Made by a program: the position numbers and the translations under genes
Source of the DNA: an uncultured Saprospiraceae bacterium
GTDB lineage: Bacteria > Bacteroidota > Bacteroidia > Chitinophagales > Saprospiraceae
NCBI GenBank assembly: GCA_937928575.1
Contig: CALFWW010000001.1
Coordinates: 2,281 to 66,280 of the forward strand
DNA: 64,000 bases
Reading direction: 5' to 3'
The notes under the pieces: model-generated
The model's input: only the letters and a program-made list of their open reading frames with translations
Database searches by the model: none
Told to the model about the DNA's origin: nothing
Shown: positions 1-10,364 of the stretch, one piece after another
Layout: the number at the start of each line of letters is the position of its first letter
Numbering within the stretch: the stretch's first letter is position 1

Positions 1-57
1 AATCTAAAAGTCTAAATATCCAAAAGTCAATCCCGTGTAATAACGTCCAAAAAAACT

Positions 58-65
58 TACCTTTG
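58..65 (+). promoter_or_regulatory. Candidate Bacteroidota -7 promoter box (TAnnTTTG) upstream of fumC
   Basis: tacctttg matches TAnnTTTG and ends 29 nt upstream of the fumC ATG. Single motif match only. Confidence 0.3.
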
Positions 66-93
66 CGTCATCAAAATTCAAATAGAAAACATT

Positions 94-1488
94 ATGAAAT
101 ACCGCAAGGAAAAAGATAGTATCGGATACGTAAATGTACCAGCTGATAAATATTGGGGCGCACAAACCCAACGCTCAAAAGAAAATTTTAAAATCGGTGG
201 AGAAAAAATGCCACTTGAAATTATACGTGCATATGCCATTCTAAAAAATGCAGCTGCACAAACAAACGCATCATTAGGAGCACTACCAAAAACTAAAGCA
301 AAATTAATAGAAAGAGTTTGCAAAGAAATTTTAGATGGAAAACTGGATGATCAATTTCCACTAGTGGTATGGCAGACTGGATCAGGAACTCAGTCCAACA
401 TGAACGTCAATGAGGTGATCGCTAATAGAGGTCATGTCATTAAAGGCGGAAAATTAACAGACAAGAAAAAAGCGTTGCATCCAAATGATGATGTCAACAA
501 ATCTCAATCTTCTAACGATACATTTCCGACCGCTATGCACATCGCCGCGTACAAAATGTTAGTAGAAACAACTTTGCCAGGATTGACAGTCTTGAAAAAA
601 ACTTTGGCTGCAAAATCCAAGAAGTACATGAAGGTGGTGAAGATTGGTCGTACCCATTTTATGGATGCAACACCAGTGACAGTTGGTCAAGAATTATCTG
701 GATATGTAGCACAATTGGATTATGCGATTAAAGCAATCAAAAATACATTACCACATTTAGCGGATTTAGCATTAGGAGGAACAGCAGTAGGGACTGGTTT
801 GAATACCCCAAAAGGATATGCGCCGAAAGTCGCAAAAGCAATCGCGAAGTTGACCAAACTTCCTTTCAAGACTGCGCCCAACAAATTCGAAGCACTAGCA
901 GCACATGACGCGATTGTAGAAGCACATGGTGCACTCAAAACTGCAGCCGTTTCTTTAATGAAAATCGGTAACGACATCAGAATGTTAGCATCCGGTCCAA
1001 GAACAGGAATCGGAGAATTAATTATCCCTGCCAACGAACCAGGTTCTTCCATCATGCCTGGAAAAGTAAATCCAACACAATCAGAAGCATTGACCATGGC
1101 GATGGCACAAGTTTGTGGAAATGATGTAGCTATCAATATCGGTGGGATGACTGGACAGTTTGAATTGAATGTCTTCAAGCCAATGATGATTTTCAATTTA
1201 TTGAACTCAGCAAGATTGATCGGAGATGCATGTGTTAGTTTTGAAAAAAATTGTGCTCGCGGAATCGAACCTAATAAAAAACGCATCCAACAAAATCTTC
1301 AAAATTCATTGATGCTAGTTACCGCTTTGAATACTAAAATCGGGTACGATAAAGCAGCAACGATTGCGAAAAAGGCATATAATGAAGACAAAACACTTAA
1401 AGAAACTGCAGTTGAATTGGGTTATTTGACCGCAAAAGAATTCGATCAATGGGTAAGGCCTGAAAATATGATCGGATCGTTGAAGTAA
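94..1488 (+). CDS. fumC: Class II fumarate hydratase
   Basis: 464-aa ORF with the fumarate-lyase signature [16 protein letters not shown] and a typical N-terminus ([21 protein letters not shown]). Confidence 0.95.
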   Translation: MKYRKEKDSIGYVNVPADKYWGAQTQRSKENFKIGGEKMPLEIIRAYAILKNAAAQTNASLGALPKTKAKLIERVCKEILDGKLDDQFPLVVWQTGSGTQSNMNVNEVIANRGHVIKGGKLTDKKKALHPNDDVNKSQSSNDTFPTAMHIAAYKMLVETTLPGLTVLKKTLAAKSKKYMKVVKIGRTHFMDATPVTVGQELSGYVAQLDYAIKAIKNTLPHLADLALGGTAVGTGLNTPKGYAPKVAKAIAKLTKLPFKTAPNKFEALAAHDAIVEAHGALKTAAVSLMKIGNDIRMLASGPRTGIGELIIPANEPGSSIMPGKVNPTQSEALTMAMAQVCGNDVAINIGGMTGQFELNVFKPMMIFNLLNSARLIGDACVSFEKNCARGIEPNKKRIQQNLQNSLMLVTALNTKIGYDKAATIAKKAYNEDKTLKETAVELGYLTAKEFDQWVRPENMIGSLK

Positions 1489-1515
1489 AGCTGAACCGTA
1501 GAATATTGAACCGCG

Positions 1516-1618
1516 GAATATCGAATTTCGAAGTGGAGGACGCGTTGAAGTTCGCGAATTCATGTTCTCCACTTCGACATTCGATATTCCCTGTCTGCTC
1601 TGACGGCAGTCAGACAGG
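1516..1618. repeat. Intergenic palindromic element: 23-bp inverted repeat followed by a CCTGTCTG/CAGACAGG hairpin
   Basis: gaatatcgaatttcgaagtggag (1516-1538) pairs with ctccacttcgacattcgatattc (1567-1589) with 1 mismatch. It is immediately followed by the hairpin cctgtctg...cagacagg (1590-1618). Related copies lie at 11499-11620, 44404-44453, 22471-22502 and 49596-49625. Confidence 0.8.
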
Positions 1619-1711
1619 CTTATTCGATATTAAATTTGCTCGGAGTGCCGAAGTAGAAAAAGGACCGTAGAATATCCCGAAGGGCGATAGGAGAGTTTAC
1701 GAACTTAGATC

Positions 1712-1761
1712 CACGTCCTCAAGTTCGAAATTCGACATTCCTTGTTCGATATTCGATATTC
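1712..1761. repeat. About 50-bp half-copy of the cgatattcgatattc repeat family
   Basis: cacgtcctcaagttcgaaattcgacattccttgttcgatattcgatattc aligns closely with 11570-11620 and 44404-44453. Confidence 0.75.
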
Positions 1762-1886
1762 AATTTCCCCTGTAAGAGCAATAACGACAAGGATTATCAA
1801 CTTTTTCCAATTTAAATAGAACTATATGTTCCATTTACGTGTAAAAAGTAGTATTTTCGCACCGCTATTTTAGAAAGTTCTTTAAA

Positions 1887-2414
1887 ATGAAAGAGTTTAA
1901 TCATTATTCAATTCCTTTAGTGGGAATTCTTGATGGTGCTCATCAGTTTGAATTCAAAGTTGACAAAAGTTTTTTCGAGAAGTTTGAGAAACCAATTGTT
2001 GAGGATGGATTGTTTCAGGTAAAAGTTGATCTGATTAAACAACCGGATGCTATGTTTTTGACCTTCCATATTGATGGAACGATGAAAGCAGATTGCGATC
2101 GATGTTTGGCAACTATTGATTTACCGATTCAAGGGAAGTATGATTTGATTGCAAAGTATGCAGCAGAAGCTTCCGAAACTGACGAAGTGATTTATATAGT
2201 TTCAGATCAACAAAAACTAGAATTGCAGAAATCCATTTACGATTTCATTGGTCTCTCAATTCCACTTGTAAAAACTTACAATTGTGAGGATGAAGAACCA
2301 CGAGTTTGTGATGATGCAATGCTTGACAAAATTGAAGGAACCGAAGAAGCACCAGAAGAAGAACCAAAGAGCAGTCCAATTTGGGATGCATTAAAAGACT
2401 TTGGTAAAAACTAA
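1887..2414 (+). CDS. YceD/DUF177 family protein (large-subunit ribosome-associated, upstream of rpmF)
   Basis: 175 aa with a CDRCL motif and an acidic C-terminus. It sits in the conserved position directly upstream of rpmF. Confidence 0.8.
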   Translation: MKEFNHYSIPLVGILDGAHQFEFKVDKSFFEKFEKPIVEDGLFQVKVDLIKQPDAMFLTFHIDGTMKADCDRCLATIDLPIQGKYDLIAKYAAEASETDEVIYIVSDQQKLELQKSIYDFIGLSIPLVKTYNCEDEEPRVCDDAMLDKIEGTEEAPEEEPKSSPIWDALKDFGKN

Positions 2415-2474
2415 ATTTGCAATATTTTTTGCAAATTATTTAGAATTAAGAAAACAGTAAAATAAAAATTTAAC

Positions 2475-2669
2475 ATGGCACATCCGAAAAGTAAAATATC
2501 AAAGCAACGTAAAAGAAAAAGACGTACGCACAAAAAATTAGCCTTACCAACGGTTGCGAAGTGCCCAACAACAGGCGAGCCGCATTTATATCACCGTGCT
2601 TATTGGCTAGAAGGTAATATGTATTACAAGGGTAATATTGTTATCAAGGCTGATGAAGATATCGAGTAA
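2475..2669 (+). CDS. rpmF: 50S ribosomal protein L32
   Basis: 64 aa. The N-terminus [19 protein letters not shown] is typical of L32. Confidence 0.95.
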   Translation: MAHPKSKISKQRKRKRRTHKKLALPTVAKCPTTGEPHLYHRAYWLEGNMYYKGNIVIKADEDIE

Positions 2670-2749
2670 GCGCTCATTCACTCAACACACACAGTTTTAT
2701 TATAAGAATAGCTCCCATAGATGTATGCGGGGCTTTTCGTATTTCTGCC

Positions 2750-3240
2750 CTGTTGAACTCTACTTTGAGGGCTAATTTCTTGAAGATTTAATATTTAGAA
2801 TTTATAACATTATATCAACAAGAATTGATATTTACTCTAAACAGCCCTCAAAGTATTTGTAGTCGGGTAAAAAATTTAACCCCCTTTAGAGGACTAATTT
2901 CTTGAAGATTCAAAATTAGGAATACATAACAACGTATAGGCGCCATTAAGTTCTGTCGAGCTCCAACGGAGCGTAAACAATAAAATATGGGCAACGCCCA
3001 TATTAAGGTAATGAGGAAGTAGAAGCTCCAACGGAGCGCAAGCAATTTTAAAACTGAAAAATATTTTGAATTTGAATAAGCTCTTGTTCAACGGGGCTAT
3101 ATCGAATTGCACATAAATTTGAAATGCTCACGCACCTTTGGCGCTAGATTACACGATTTGTTTAATAAATGGGCGTTGCCTATTTTTAGTGTTAACGGCT
3201 CCTTGAAGCTTTATTAAAACTAAACAGCCCTCAAAGTTAA
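2750..3240. repeat. Non-coding array of direct repeats and triloop mini-hairpins
   Basis: An 18-bp perfect direct repeat ctaaacagccctcaaagt occurs at 2837-2854 and 3220-3237, with an inverted partial copy at 2762-2772. A 22-bp repeat gaggRctaatttcttgaagatt occurs at 2767-2788 and 2889-2910. Hairpins: gctcc-aac-ggagc at 2960-2972 and 3025-3037, and aatatgggc-aac-gcccatatt at 2984-3004. Confidence 0.8.
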
Positions 3241-3254
3241 AAGACCAAATAAAA

Positions 3255-3635
3255 ATGAAAAAAATAATCAATACCAAAAATGCACCAGCACCTGTAGGCC
3301 CTTACAACCAATGCGTCCAATTAGGCAAGACATTATATGTATCCGGACAAATAGCCATCAACCCCGCAACTGGTGAATTGGTTACTGGAAATATTGAAGA
3401 TGAAACGCATCAAGTGATGTCCAACATCAAAGCAATATTAACAGCAGCAGGAAGTAGCTTTGAAAATGTTTTAAAATGTTCCGTTTTTGTTTCTGATATG
3501 AATTTGTATTCAAGAATCAATGCAGTCTATGCGGAATACTTCGATGAAGCAACAGCACCTGCACGTGAATTGGTAGAAGTTGCCAACTTGCCTAAGTTCG
3601 TTAATATCGAGATTTCTACGATCGCTACTGTTTGA
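3255..3635 (+). CDS. ridA: RidA/YjgF family reactive-intermediate deaminase
   Basis: 126 aa with a typical N-terminus (NTKNAPAPVGPYNQ...LYVSGQI) and YjgF-family length. Confidence 0.9.
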   Translation: MKKIINTKNAPAPVGPYNQCVQLGKTLYVSGQIAINPATGELVTGNIEDETHQVMSNIKAILTAAGSSFENVLKCSVFVSDMNLYSRINAVYAEYFDEATAPARELVEVANLPKFVNIEISTIATV

Positions 3636-3749
3636 TGAAATGGATTTTTCTAACAGGCTCAAGAGACAAGTTCAACCCTGAAAGGTGAGTTGTTCAAAAT
3701 ACTGAAAATAAAGTGTTAAATTTTTTTGTATTTATTTTTGAAAACGATT

Positions 3750-4100
3750 TACCCCAACGGGGTTGCGCATTGTAAATAGGGGCAACGCCGGCAACGCCCC
3801 AATTAAATAAGTAAAGGGCGTCAAAGCTCTGAAGGAGCGTAGCAGTTTTTGTAACAATTTGTTTGCTACACAATACATTATGCTTGAAAATATATTTATT
3901 CAATTGCTGCTTCGCTCTTTCAGAGCTTCTAAATTACCAATATTAGCTTGGGACGATGTCCCAAGCTAATATGCTTGACCCACTTTGGGGTCATAGGTTA
4001 CAAATTGAAAAAGTATTTAAAGAAAAAAAGTACAAAATAATTAACTCAACAGCAAAACCCTGAAAGGGTGGCATAATGCAAAAATGGGTGCAACCCATTT
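3750..4100. repeat. Non-coding array of triloop mini-hairpins
   Basis: Hairpins read by eye:
- cccc-aac-gggg, 3752-3762
- ggggc..gcccc containing a tandem ggcaacgcc, 3779-3800
- gctct-gaa-ggagc, 3826-3838
- gctct-ttc-agagc, 3914-3926
- tattagcttgggac-gat-gtcccaagctaata (14-bp perfect stem), 3941-3971
- gaccc..gggtc, 3977-3992
- accct-gaa-agggt, 4057-4069
- aaatgggt-gca-acccattt, 4082-4100. Confidence 0.8.
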
Positions 4101-4114
4101 AAAACTAAATCAAT

Positions 4115-5119
4115 ATGAAAAAAGTACTCTCATGTGTCCAACCAACTGGTGATCCCCATTTAGGAAACTATTTCGGAGCCATCAAAAACTGGGTAGCATT
4201 ACAAGAAAAGTATGATTGTAAATACGGTGTTGTGGATTATCATTCCCAAACAATGCCGTATGATCCTGTCAAATTGAGACAACGCACATGGAGTATGGCT
4301 TTTCAATTATTGGCAGCAGGCATTAAGCCAGAAAATCTATTCATCCAATCCTTGATACCAGAGCATACTGAGTTGTCATGGATTTTTTCCAATGTTTGTT
4401 CCTACGGAGAATTAACTCGTCAGACCCAATTCAAAGATAAGACCAACCAATTAGAAGAAAAATCAAGTGATGCATTCACCTCAGCAGGATTGTTTACCTA
4501 TCCCGTACTTCAGGCTGCAGACATCTTAATTTATCATGCGGATTATGTGCCGATAGGAAAAGATCAAGTGCAACACTTGGAATTATCCAGAAACATTGCA
4601 CAACGATTTAACAATCAATTCAACAAAGAATACTTCGTGCATCCGGAACCACTATTCACGGAATTTCCGAAGATTTTATCATTGGCAAATCCGGAGAAAA
4701 AAATGAGTAAGAGTTTAGGAGAAAAACATTATGTCAATCTATTTGGTGATGAAGCACGAATTCGTAAGCAAGTAAAATCTGCAGTCACCGATACGGGTGA
4801 GACAAAAGCGGGGGAGATGTCGGCAGGTGTTGAAAATTTATTTGGACTATTAAGAGCATGTGGAAAAACAGAAGCGCATGATTCCTTGATGCAAGACTTC
4901 AATAGTGGTAGCTTGAAATACAGTGAACTAAAAACAGTGGTTGCAGATGCATTGGTTGAATTAACGCAGCCATTCAAAAATAGATTGGACGAAATTTTAG
5001 CTGACAAAAAAACAGTCAAAGCTAAAATAAAAGCATCTTCTGCTGAGATTAGGAAAACAGCTCAAGAAACAATTAGAGAAGTAAAAGATCTGGTTGGATT
5101 GTTGAACGTAAAATTTTAA
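4115..5119 (+). CDS. trpS: Tryptophan--tRNA ligase
   Basis: 334 aa with a class I aaRS HIGH-type motif (GDPHLGNY) and KMSKS. Confidence 0.95.
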   Translation: MKKVLSCVQPTGDPHLGNYFGAIKNWVALQEKYDCKYGVVDYHSQTMPYDPVKLRQRTWSMAFQLLAAGIKPENLFIQSLIPEHTELSWIFSNVCSYGELTRQTQFKDKTNQLEEKSSDAFTSAGLFTYPVLQAADILIYHADYVPIGKDQVQHLELSRNIAQRFNNQFNKEYFVHPEPLFTEFPKILSLANPEKKMSKSLGEKHYVNLFGDEARIRKQVKSAVTDTGETKAGEMSAGVENLFGLLRACGKTEAHDSLMQDFNSGSLKYSELKTVVADALVELTQPFKNRLDEILADKKTVKAKIKASSAEIRKTAQETIREVKDLVGLLNVKF

Positions 5120-5126
5120 GAGAACG

Positions 5127-5756
5127 ATGAAGATATTTTGTATTGGCAGAAATTATGTTGACCACGCCAAAGAATTAAACAATCCAGTGCCGAAAAAGCC
5201 ATTGGTGTTTATGAAACCCATGAGTGCTGTTTTGATAAATAATAAACCATTGTATTATCCGGCATTCACCAAGGACTTACATTATGAGGCCGAAATTGTT
5301 TTGAAGATCACAAAAAATGGGAAGCACGTTGAAGAGAAATTTGCCCATAAGTATTACAATGAAATTGCTTTTGGAATTGACTTTACAGCAAGAGATGTGC
5401 AGGCAGAATGTAAGAAAAAAGGTCACCCATGGGAAATTGCCAAAGGATTTGATGGCTCAGGAGGATTGAGTGAATTTATTTCTTTGGATCGGGTCGACAG
5501 TAATGCAATTAAATTCCACCTAAAAAAGAACGGGGAAGTAGTCCAAAAAGGCAATACAAAAGATTTGATATTTAGCTTCGACCATTTAATTTCTTATTTA
5601 TCCACCATTTTCAAGATTCAAACAGGGGATATCATATATACAGGTACGCCAGCAGGTGTTGGTCCGGTACAAATCGGTGACACATTAGAAGGCTTCATTG
5701 AAACGAACCTTCCAGAGAAAACTTCCGTAAAAATGATTAAATGTGATATTAAATAA
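5127..5756 (+). CDS. Fumarylacetoacetate hydrolase (FAH) family protein
   Basis: 209 aa with the motifs GRNYVDHAKE and IYTGTPAGVG, typical of the FAH / 2-keto-4-pentenoate hydratase family. Confidence 0.85.
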   Translation: MKIFCIGRNYVDHAKELNNPVPKKPLVFMKPMSAVLINNKPLYYPAFTKDLHYEAEIVLKITKNGKHVEEKFAHKYYNEIAFGIDFTARDVQAECKKKGHPWEIAKGFDGSGGLSEFISLDRVDSNAIKFHLKKNGEVVQKGNTKDLIFSFDHLISYLSTIFKIQTGDIIYTGTPAGVGPVQIGDTLEGFIETNLPEKTSVKMIKCDIK

Positions 5757-5804
5757 TTTCACATTTAAAATGGATACTTGTTGGTTTATATCTATAAGTT
5801 ACTT

Positions 5805-5812
5805 TACTTTTG
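5805..5812 (+). promoter_or_regulatory. Candidate -7 promoter box (TAnnTTTG) upstream of metK
   Basis: tacttttg matches TAnnTTTG, with TTG motifs 22-27 nt upstream. It lies about 67 nt before the metK ATG. Confidence 0.3.
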
Positions 5813-5878
5813 CAGGGTATTTGGAGAATACCTTTAAACTAAATCATTCATTAATAAACTCATAAAAAAATAGCGACC

Positions 5879-7195
5879 ATGCCATATTTATTTACCTCCG
5901 AATCTGTTTCTGAAGGACATCCTGATAAAGTAGCAGATCAAATTTCGGATGCGTTAGTTGATCACTTTTTGGCTTTCGACAAAAGTTCAAAAATTGCTTG
6001 TGAAACTCTTGTTACAACTGGACAGGTAGTATTAGCAGGTGAAGTGAAAACTAAAACTTATTTAGATGTTCAACAGATTGCAAGAGATGTAATCAACAGA
6101 ATTGGATATACTAAATCAGAGTATATGTTTGAAGCAAACTCTTGTGGTGTATTTTCATCTATTCACGAACAGTCTCCTGATATCAACCAAGGTGTTGAAA
6201 GAAAGAAAAAAGAAAATCAAGGAGCAGGTGATCAAGGAATGATGTTCGGTTATGCAACTAATGAAACAGGTAACTATATGCCATTGGCTTTGGACCTTTC
6301 TCACAAAATTTTAGAGATATTAGCTGATATCAGAAAAGCTGGAAAGCAAATGACTTACTTGAGACCAGATTCTAAATCTCAGGTAACGATCGAATATGCA
6401 GACAATGGTAAGCCGATGAGAATTGACTCTATCGTAGTGAGTACACAACATGATGATTTCGCTGCAGATGCTAAGATGCTCGCAAAAATTAAGAAAGACG
6501 TTATTAATATCGTTATCCCTCGCGTTAAGAAACAATGCAAATCTTCTATTCAAAAATTATTCACCAACAAGATTACTTATCACGTAAATCCTACTGGTAA
6601 ATTTGTAATCGGTGGACCACACGGTGATACTGGTTTGACAGGAAGAAAAATTATCGTTGATACGTACGGTGGAAAAGGCGCACACGGTGGTGGTGCATTC
6701 TCAGGAAAAGATCCATCAAAAGTAGATAGATCTGCAGCATATGCAACAAGACATATCGCAAAGAATATGGTTGCGGCTGGAGTTTGTGATGAAATTTTGG
6801 TACAAGTATCTTATGCAATTGGTGTTGCAAAACCAACCAACATTTATGTCAATACCTACGGTACGGCCAAAGTAGATATGAATGATAGCAAGATTGCAGA
6901 CTTGATTTACAAAATCTTTGACATGCGTCCTTATGCAATCGAAACAAGATTGAAGTTGAGAAACCCAATCTATAGCGAAACTGCTGCTTACGGTCACATG
7001 GGTAGAACGCCTAAGAAAAAAACTGTAACGTTTGTTGATGGTTCTGGTAAGAAAAAAGCGATGAAAGTTGAAACGTTTACTTGGGAGAAATTAGACTATG
7101 TAGATAAAGTAAAGAAAGCTTTCAAAATTGGTAAAAATGGAGTTGCCAAGAAAAAAGCAGCTAAAAGAAAGTCAATATCAAGAAAAAAGAAGTAA
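5879..7195 (+). CDS. metK: S-adenosylmethionine synthetase with a polybasic C-terminal tail
   Basis: 438 aa with the motifs [30 protein letters not shown] and [19 protein letters not shown]. The tail is lysine-rich: [15 protein letters not shown]. Confidence 0.95.
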   Translation: MPYLFTSESVSEGHPDKVADQISDALVDHFLAFDKSSKIACETLVTTGQVVLAGEVKTKTYLDVQQIARDVINRIGYTKSEYMFEANSCGVFSSIHEQSPDINQGVERKKKENQGAGDQGMMFGYATNETGNYMPLALDLSHKILEILADIRKAGKQMTYLRPDSKSQVTIEYADNGKPMRIDSIVVSTQHDDFAADAKMLAKIKKDVINIVIPRVKKQCKSSIQKLFTNKITYHVNPTGKFVIGGPHGDTGLTGRKIIVDTYGGKGAHGGGAFSGKDPSKVDRSAAYATRHIAKNMVAAGVCDEILVQVSYAIGVAKPTNIYVNTYGTAKVDMNDSKIADLIYKIFDMRPYAIETRLKLRNPIYSETAAYGHMGRTPKKKTVTFVDGSGKKKAMKVETFTWEKLDYVDKVKKAFKIGKNGVAKKKAAKRKSISRKKK

Positions 7196-7235
7196 TTGCT
7201 TCAACTATTTTGATGTCGCACTATAAAGAAACGAA

Positions 7236-7271
7236 GGGAGTAATTTTTTAATCGAAATTACTCCCTTTTTC
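7236..7271 (+). terminator. Rho-independent terminator after metK
   Basis: gggagtaatt (7236-7245) pairs with aattactccc (7256-7265) and is followed by ttttt. Confidence 0.75.
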
Positions 7272-7483
7272 TTTGAATTTGACAACACTCCATCCATCCA
7301 TTTGTTATACAATTTATAAACTATAATCGCGAACATTTTCTTACAGAATACAGATTATAGATTAAAATTTGTATTGAATTGTTAAGTGCGAAAAGCGTAA
7401 TTTAGCACAAACATTATTATGCTTTTCCAAAGTGTAATATTAGTAAAACATATTTCATTAATTTATCATAATTGGTTTACATA

Positions 7484-10363
7484 ATGGCCCAATCTAAAGC
7501 GTACGATAACTTCCAAAAACGACACATCGGAATCAATGAAGGCGAACTGGATTTGATGTTGAAAGCTATAAAAGCAAAATCACTTGACAAGCTGATCGAT
7601 GAAACAATTCCATCAACCATCCGATTAAAAAAGAAATTAAATCTACCGGAAGGAATTTCTGAAAATGAATTTTTGAGAGAATTGAAACAAACCGCTTCTC
7701 TAAACAAAGTCTTCCGTACTTACATCGGTCAAGGATATTATGGAACAATCACACCCTCTGTAATCCTTCGTAATATTTTTCAAAATCCAGGATGGTATAC
7801 CCAATACACGCCTTATCAAGCGGAGATTGCACAAGGGCGTTTGGAAGCGTTATTGAATTTCCAAACCATGTTGAGCGACCTGACGGGATTGCCAATTGCA
7901 AATGCATCTTTATTGGATGAAGGGACTGCAGCAGCTGAAGCAATGGCGATGTTTTACAGTATCAAAAACAAGCGCAACAAAGGAGACATGCAAAATGAAT
8001 TCTTTGTAGATGACAATGTGTTTCCGCAAACTTTAGAAGTCATCAAAACAAGGGCAATTCCTTTAGATATCAAAGTGATTGTTGGCGATTGGAAAAAATT
8101 TAAACCAAGTGATAATACTTTCGGTGTCTTTTTACAGTATCCTTGTGCCAATGGAGAAGTGGAGGATTATGGAAAATTTGTCAAGAAATTAGCCGCTAAA
8201 GAAATCTATACAACTGTCGGTGCAGATATTTTATCCCTTGCGATTTTGACACCACCGGGAGAGTGGGGAGCAGATGCGGTAGTAGGAAATACGCAACGAT
8301 TAGGTGTGCCAATGGGCTATGGTGGTCCACATGCTGCTTACTTCACTTGTAAAGAGGACTACAAAAGACAAATTCCAGGTCGAATCATTGGCGTCTCTAT
8401 TGATTCTAACAATCGTCCTGCATTAAGAATGGCATTGCAAACACGTGAGCAACATATCCGCCGTGAAAAAGCAACTTCCAATATCTGTACGGCGCAGGCT
8501 TTGTTAGCGATCATGGCAGGCATGTATGCGACCTATCATGGACCTCAAGGTATTCAGGAAATTGCCCAAAAGATATATTCCGCAACTAGTTTGTTAGCAG
8601 ATTCATTGGAAGCATTAGGATATAAGTTAGAAAACAAATATCACTTCGATACAATTGCGGTTAATTTAAAAACAGACCAAAAAGCAAAAATTAAGAAATT
8701 GGCAGTTGCTTCAAAAATAAATTTCTGGTATACAAAAAGTGGTGTACAAATTTCATTAGATGAGACGGTCAACAAGACTGACTTGATGGACATCATTACC
8801 ATCTTTGCAACTGCCAAACGTAAAAAGAAAATTCAACTCAAAAAAGCACCAAGTGGCATCCGATTACCAAAATCATTGAAAAGAACGTCTCCTTATTTGA
8901 CACATGAGACTTTCAATGCTTACCATACAGAATCTAAAATGATGCGGTATATTAAGCGTTTGGAAAATCGCGATTTGTCATTGACACATTCTATGATCCC
9001 ATTGGGTTCTTGCACCATGAAATTGAATGCGGCGACGCAATTGATTCCGGTAAGTTGGAATGAATTTGCCAATCTGCACCCATTTGTTCCTGCAAATCAA
9101 GCTAAAGGATACCATCAAATTTTTGAAGAATTGGAAATGTATTTGTCAGAAATTACTGGTTTCGACGCATGTTCATTACAACCCAATTCAGGTGCACAAG
9201 GAGAGTACACCGGTTTGATGACCATCAGAGCTTACCATGAAGATAGAGGAGATCATCATAGAAATATCGCTTTAATCCCACAATCTGCACACGGAACGAA
9301 TCCCGCAAGTGCAGTGATGGTCGGGATGAAAGTAGTAGTCGTTAAATGCGATGGGGATGGAAATATTGATGTTGCTGATTTGAAAACAAAGGCAAAAGAA
9401 CATAAGGAGAATTTGTCTGCACTCATGGTGACTTATCCATCGACACATGGTGTATTCGAAGTGAAGATAAAAGAGATTTGTAAAATCATACATCAAAATG
9501 GAGGACTCGTCTATATGGATGGTGCCAATATGAATGCGCAAGTTGGGTTGACAAGTCCGGGTGCGATTGATGCGGATGTTTGTCACTTAAATTTACACAA
9601 AACTTTCAGTATTCCTCATGGAGGAGGAGGACCAGGAATGGGACCGATTTGTGTCAATAAAAAACTAGCTCCATATCTTCCAGGTCATATTCACCAAAAG
9701 AATTCGAAGAAAAATATATCAGCCGTCTCAGCTGCAGCTTATGGAAGCGCAAGTATATTGTTAATTTCATACGCATACATCAAGATGCTCGGTCAGGAAG
9801 GCGTAGTTGAATCTACTCGATATGCGATACTAAATGCAAATTATATCATGGCAAGATTGGAAGGGCCTTACCAAGTATTGTACACAGGTGCCAAAGGAAG
9901 ATCTGCTCATGAATTAATTATTGATTTAAGACCTTTCAAAGCAATAGCCAGTGCAGAAGATGTAGCAAAGCGATTAATTGACTATGGATTTCATGCACCA
10001 ACTTTATCATTTCCAGTAGCAGGCACCATCATGATTGAACCTACAGAAAGTGAAAGTTTGGATGAGTTGGATCGTTTCTGCGATGCAATGTTGGCCATCA
10101 GAAATGAAATTGATGAAATTGCCAATGGGGGAGATCCTGAAAACAACGTGTTACATAACGCACCGCACACGATGCAGTTGGTAGCAGCAGATGAATGGAA
10201 TATGCCGTATTCAAGAGAGAAGGCAGCATTTCCACTTCCATATTTGCGACAAGGTTATAAATTTTGGCCACACGTAGGTCGTGTCAATAATGCACATGGA
10301 GATCGTACTTTGATTTGTACTTGTCCTCCTATGGAAATGTATGAAGAAATGGTGGAGGCATAA
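7484..10363 (+). CDS. gcvP: Glycine dehydrogenase (decarboxylating), glycine cleavage P protein
   Basis: About 959 aa, the single-chain P-protein length. Conserved stretches include [24 protein letters not shown] and [19 protein letters not shown] (the PLP-lysine region). The ATG at 7484 is preferred over the TTG at 7472. Confidence 0.95.
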   Translation: MAQSKAYDNFQKRHIGINEGELDLMLKAIKAKSLDKLIDETIPSTIRLKKKLNLPEGISENEFLRELKQTASLNKVFRTYIGQGYYGTITPSVILRNIFQNPGWYTQYTPYQAEIAQGRLEALLNFQTMLSDLTGLPIANASLLDEGTAAAEAMAMFYSIKNKRNKGDMQNEFFVDDNVFPQTLEVIKTRAIPLDIKVIVGDWKKFKPSDNTFGVFLQYPCANGEVEDYGKFVKKLAAKEIYTTVGADILSLAILTPPGEWGADAVVGNTQRLGVPMGYGGPHAAYFTCKEDYKRQIPGRIIGVSIDSNNRPALRMALQTREQHIRREKATSNICTAQALLAIMAGMYATYHGPQGIQEIAQKIYSATSLLADSLEALGYKLENKYHFDTIAVNLKTDQKAKIKKLAVASKINFWYTKSGVQISLDETVNKTDLMDIITIFATAKRKKKIQLKKAPSGIRLPKSLKRTSPYLTHETFNAYHTESKMMRYIKRLENRDLSLTHSMIPLGSCTMKLNAATQLIPVSWNEFANLHPFVPANQAKGYHQIFEELEMYLSEITGFDACSLQPNSGAQGEYTGLMTIRAYHEDRGDHHRNIALIPQSAHGTNPASAVMVGMKVVVVKCDGDGNIDVADLKTKAKEHKENLSALMVTYPSTHGVFEVKIKEICKIIHQNGGLVYMDGANMNAQVGLTSPGAIDADVCHLNLHKTFSIPHGGGGPGMGPICVNKKLAPYLPGHIHQKNSKKNISAVSAAAYGSASILLISYAYIKMLGQEGVVESTRYAILNANYIMARLEGPYQVLYTGAKGRSAHELIIDLRPFKAIASAEDVAKRLIDYGFHAPTLSFPVAGTIMIEPTESESLDELDRFCDAMLAIRNEIDEIANGGDPENNVLHNAPHTMQLVAADEWNMPYSREKAAFPLPYLRQGYKFWPHVGRVNNAHGDRTLICTCPPMEMYEEMVEA

Positions 10364-10364
10364 T

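Noticed and set aside
720-1286. Long antisense ORFs inside well-supported genes. Examples: 720-1286(-) in fumC, 27728-28411(-) in the helicase gene, many 60-110-aa ORFs on the plus strand inside the adhesin gene at 50153-55542, and 45447-45851(+) and 45966-46415(+) opposite recN.
   Set aside because: Each is fully embedded opposite a gene with strong motif support and has low-complexity or odd composition. They look like typical shadow ORFs.
2848-3112. ORFs 2848-3045(-), 2894-3112(-) and 3694-3903(-) in the regions flanking ridA.
   Set aside because: They run directly through dense hairpin and direct-repeat arrays, and their translations are dominated by the repeat sequences. I treat the regions as non-coding.
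5757-5878. A SAM riboswitch upstream of metK and a glycine riboswitch upstream of gcvP (7272-7483).
   Set aside because: I could not recognise the conserved cores of the SAM-I/SAM-II or glycine riboswitches in either leader. Only a small ggtat/atacc hairpin is present before metK. An Infernal scan would be needed to be sure.
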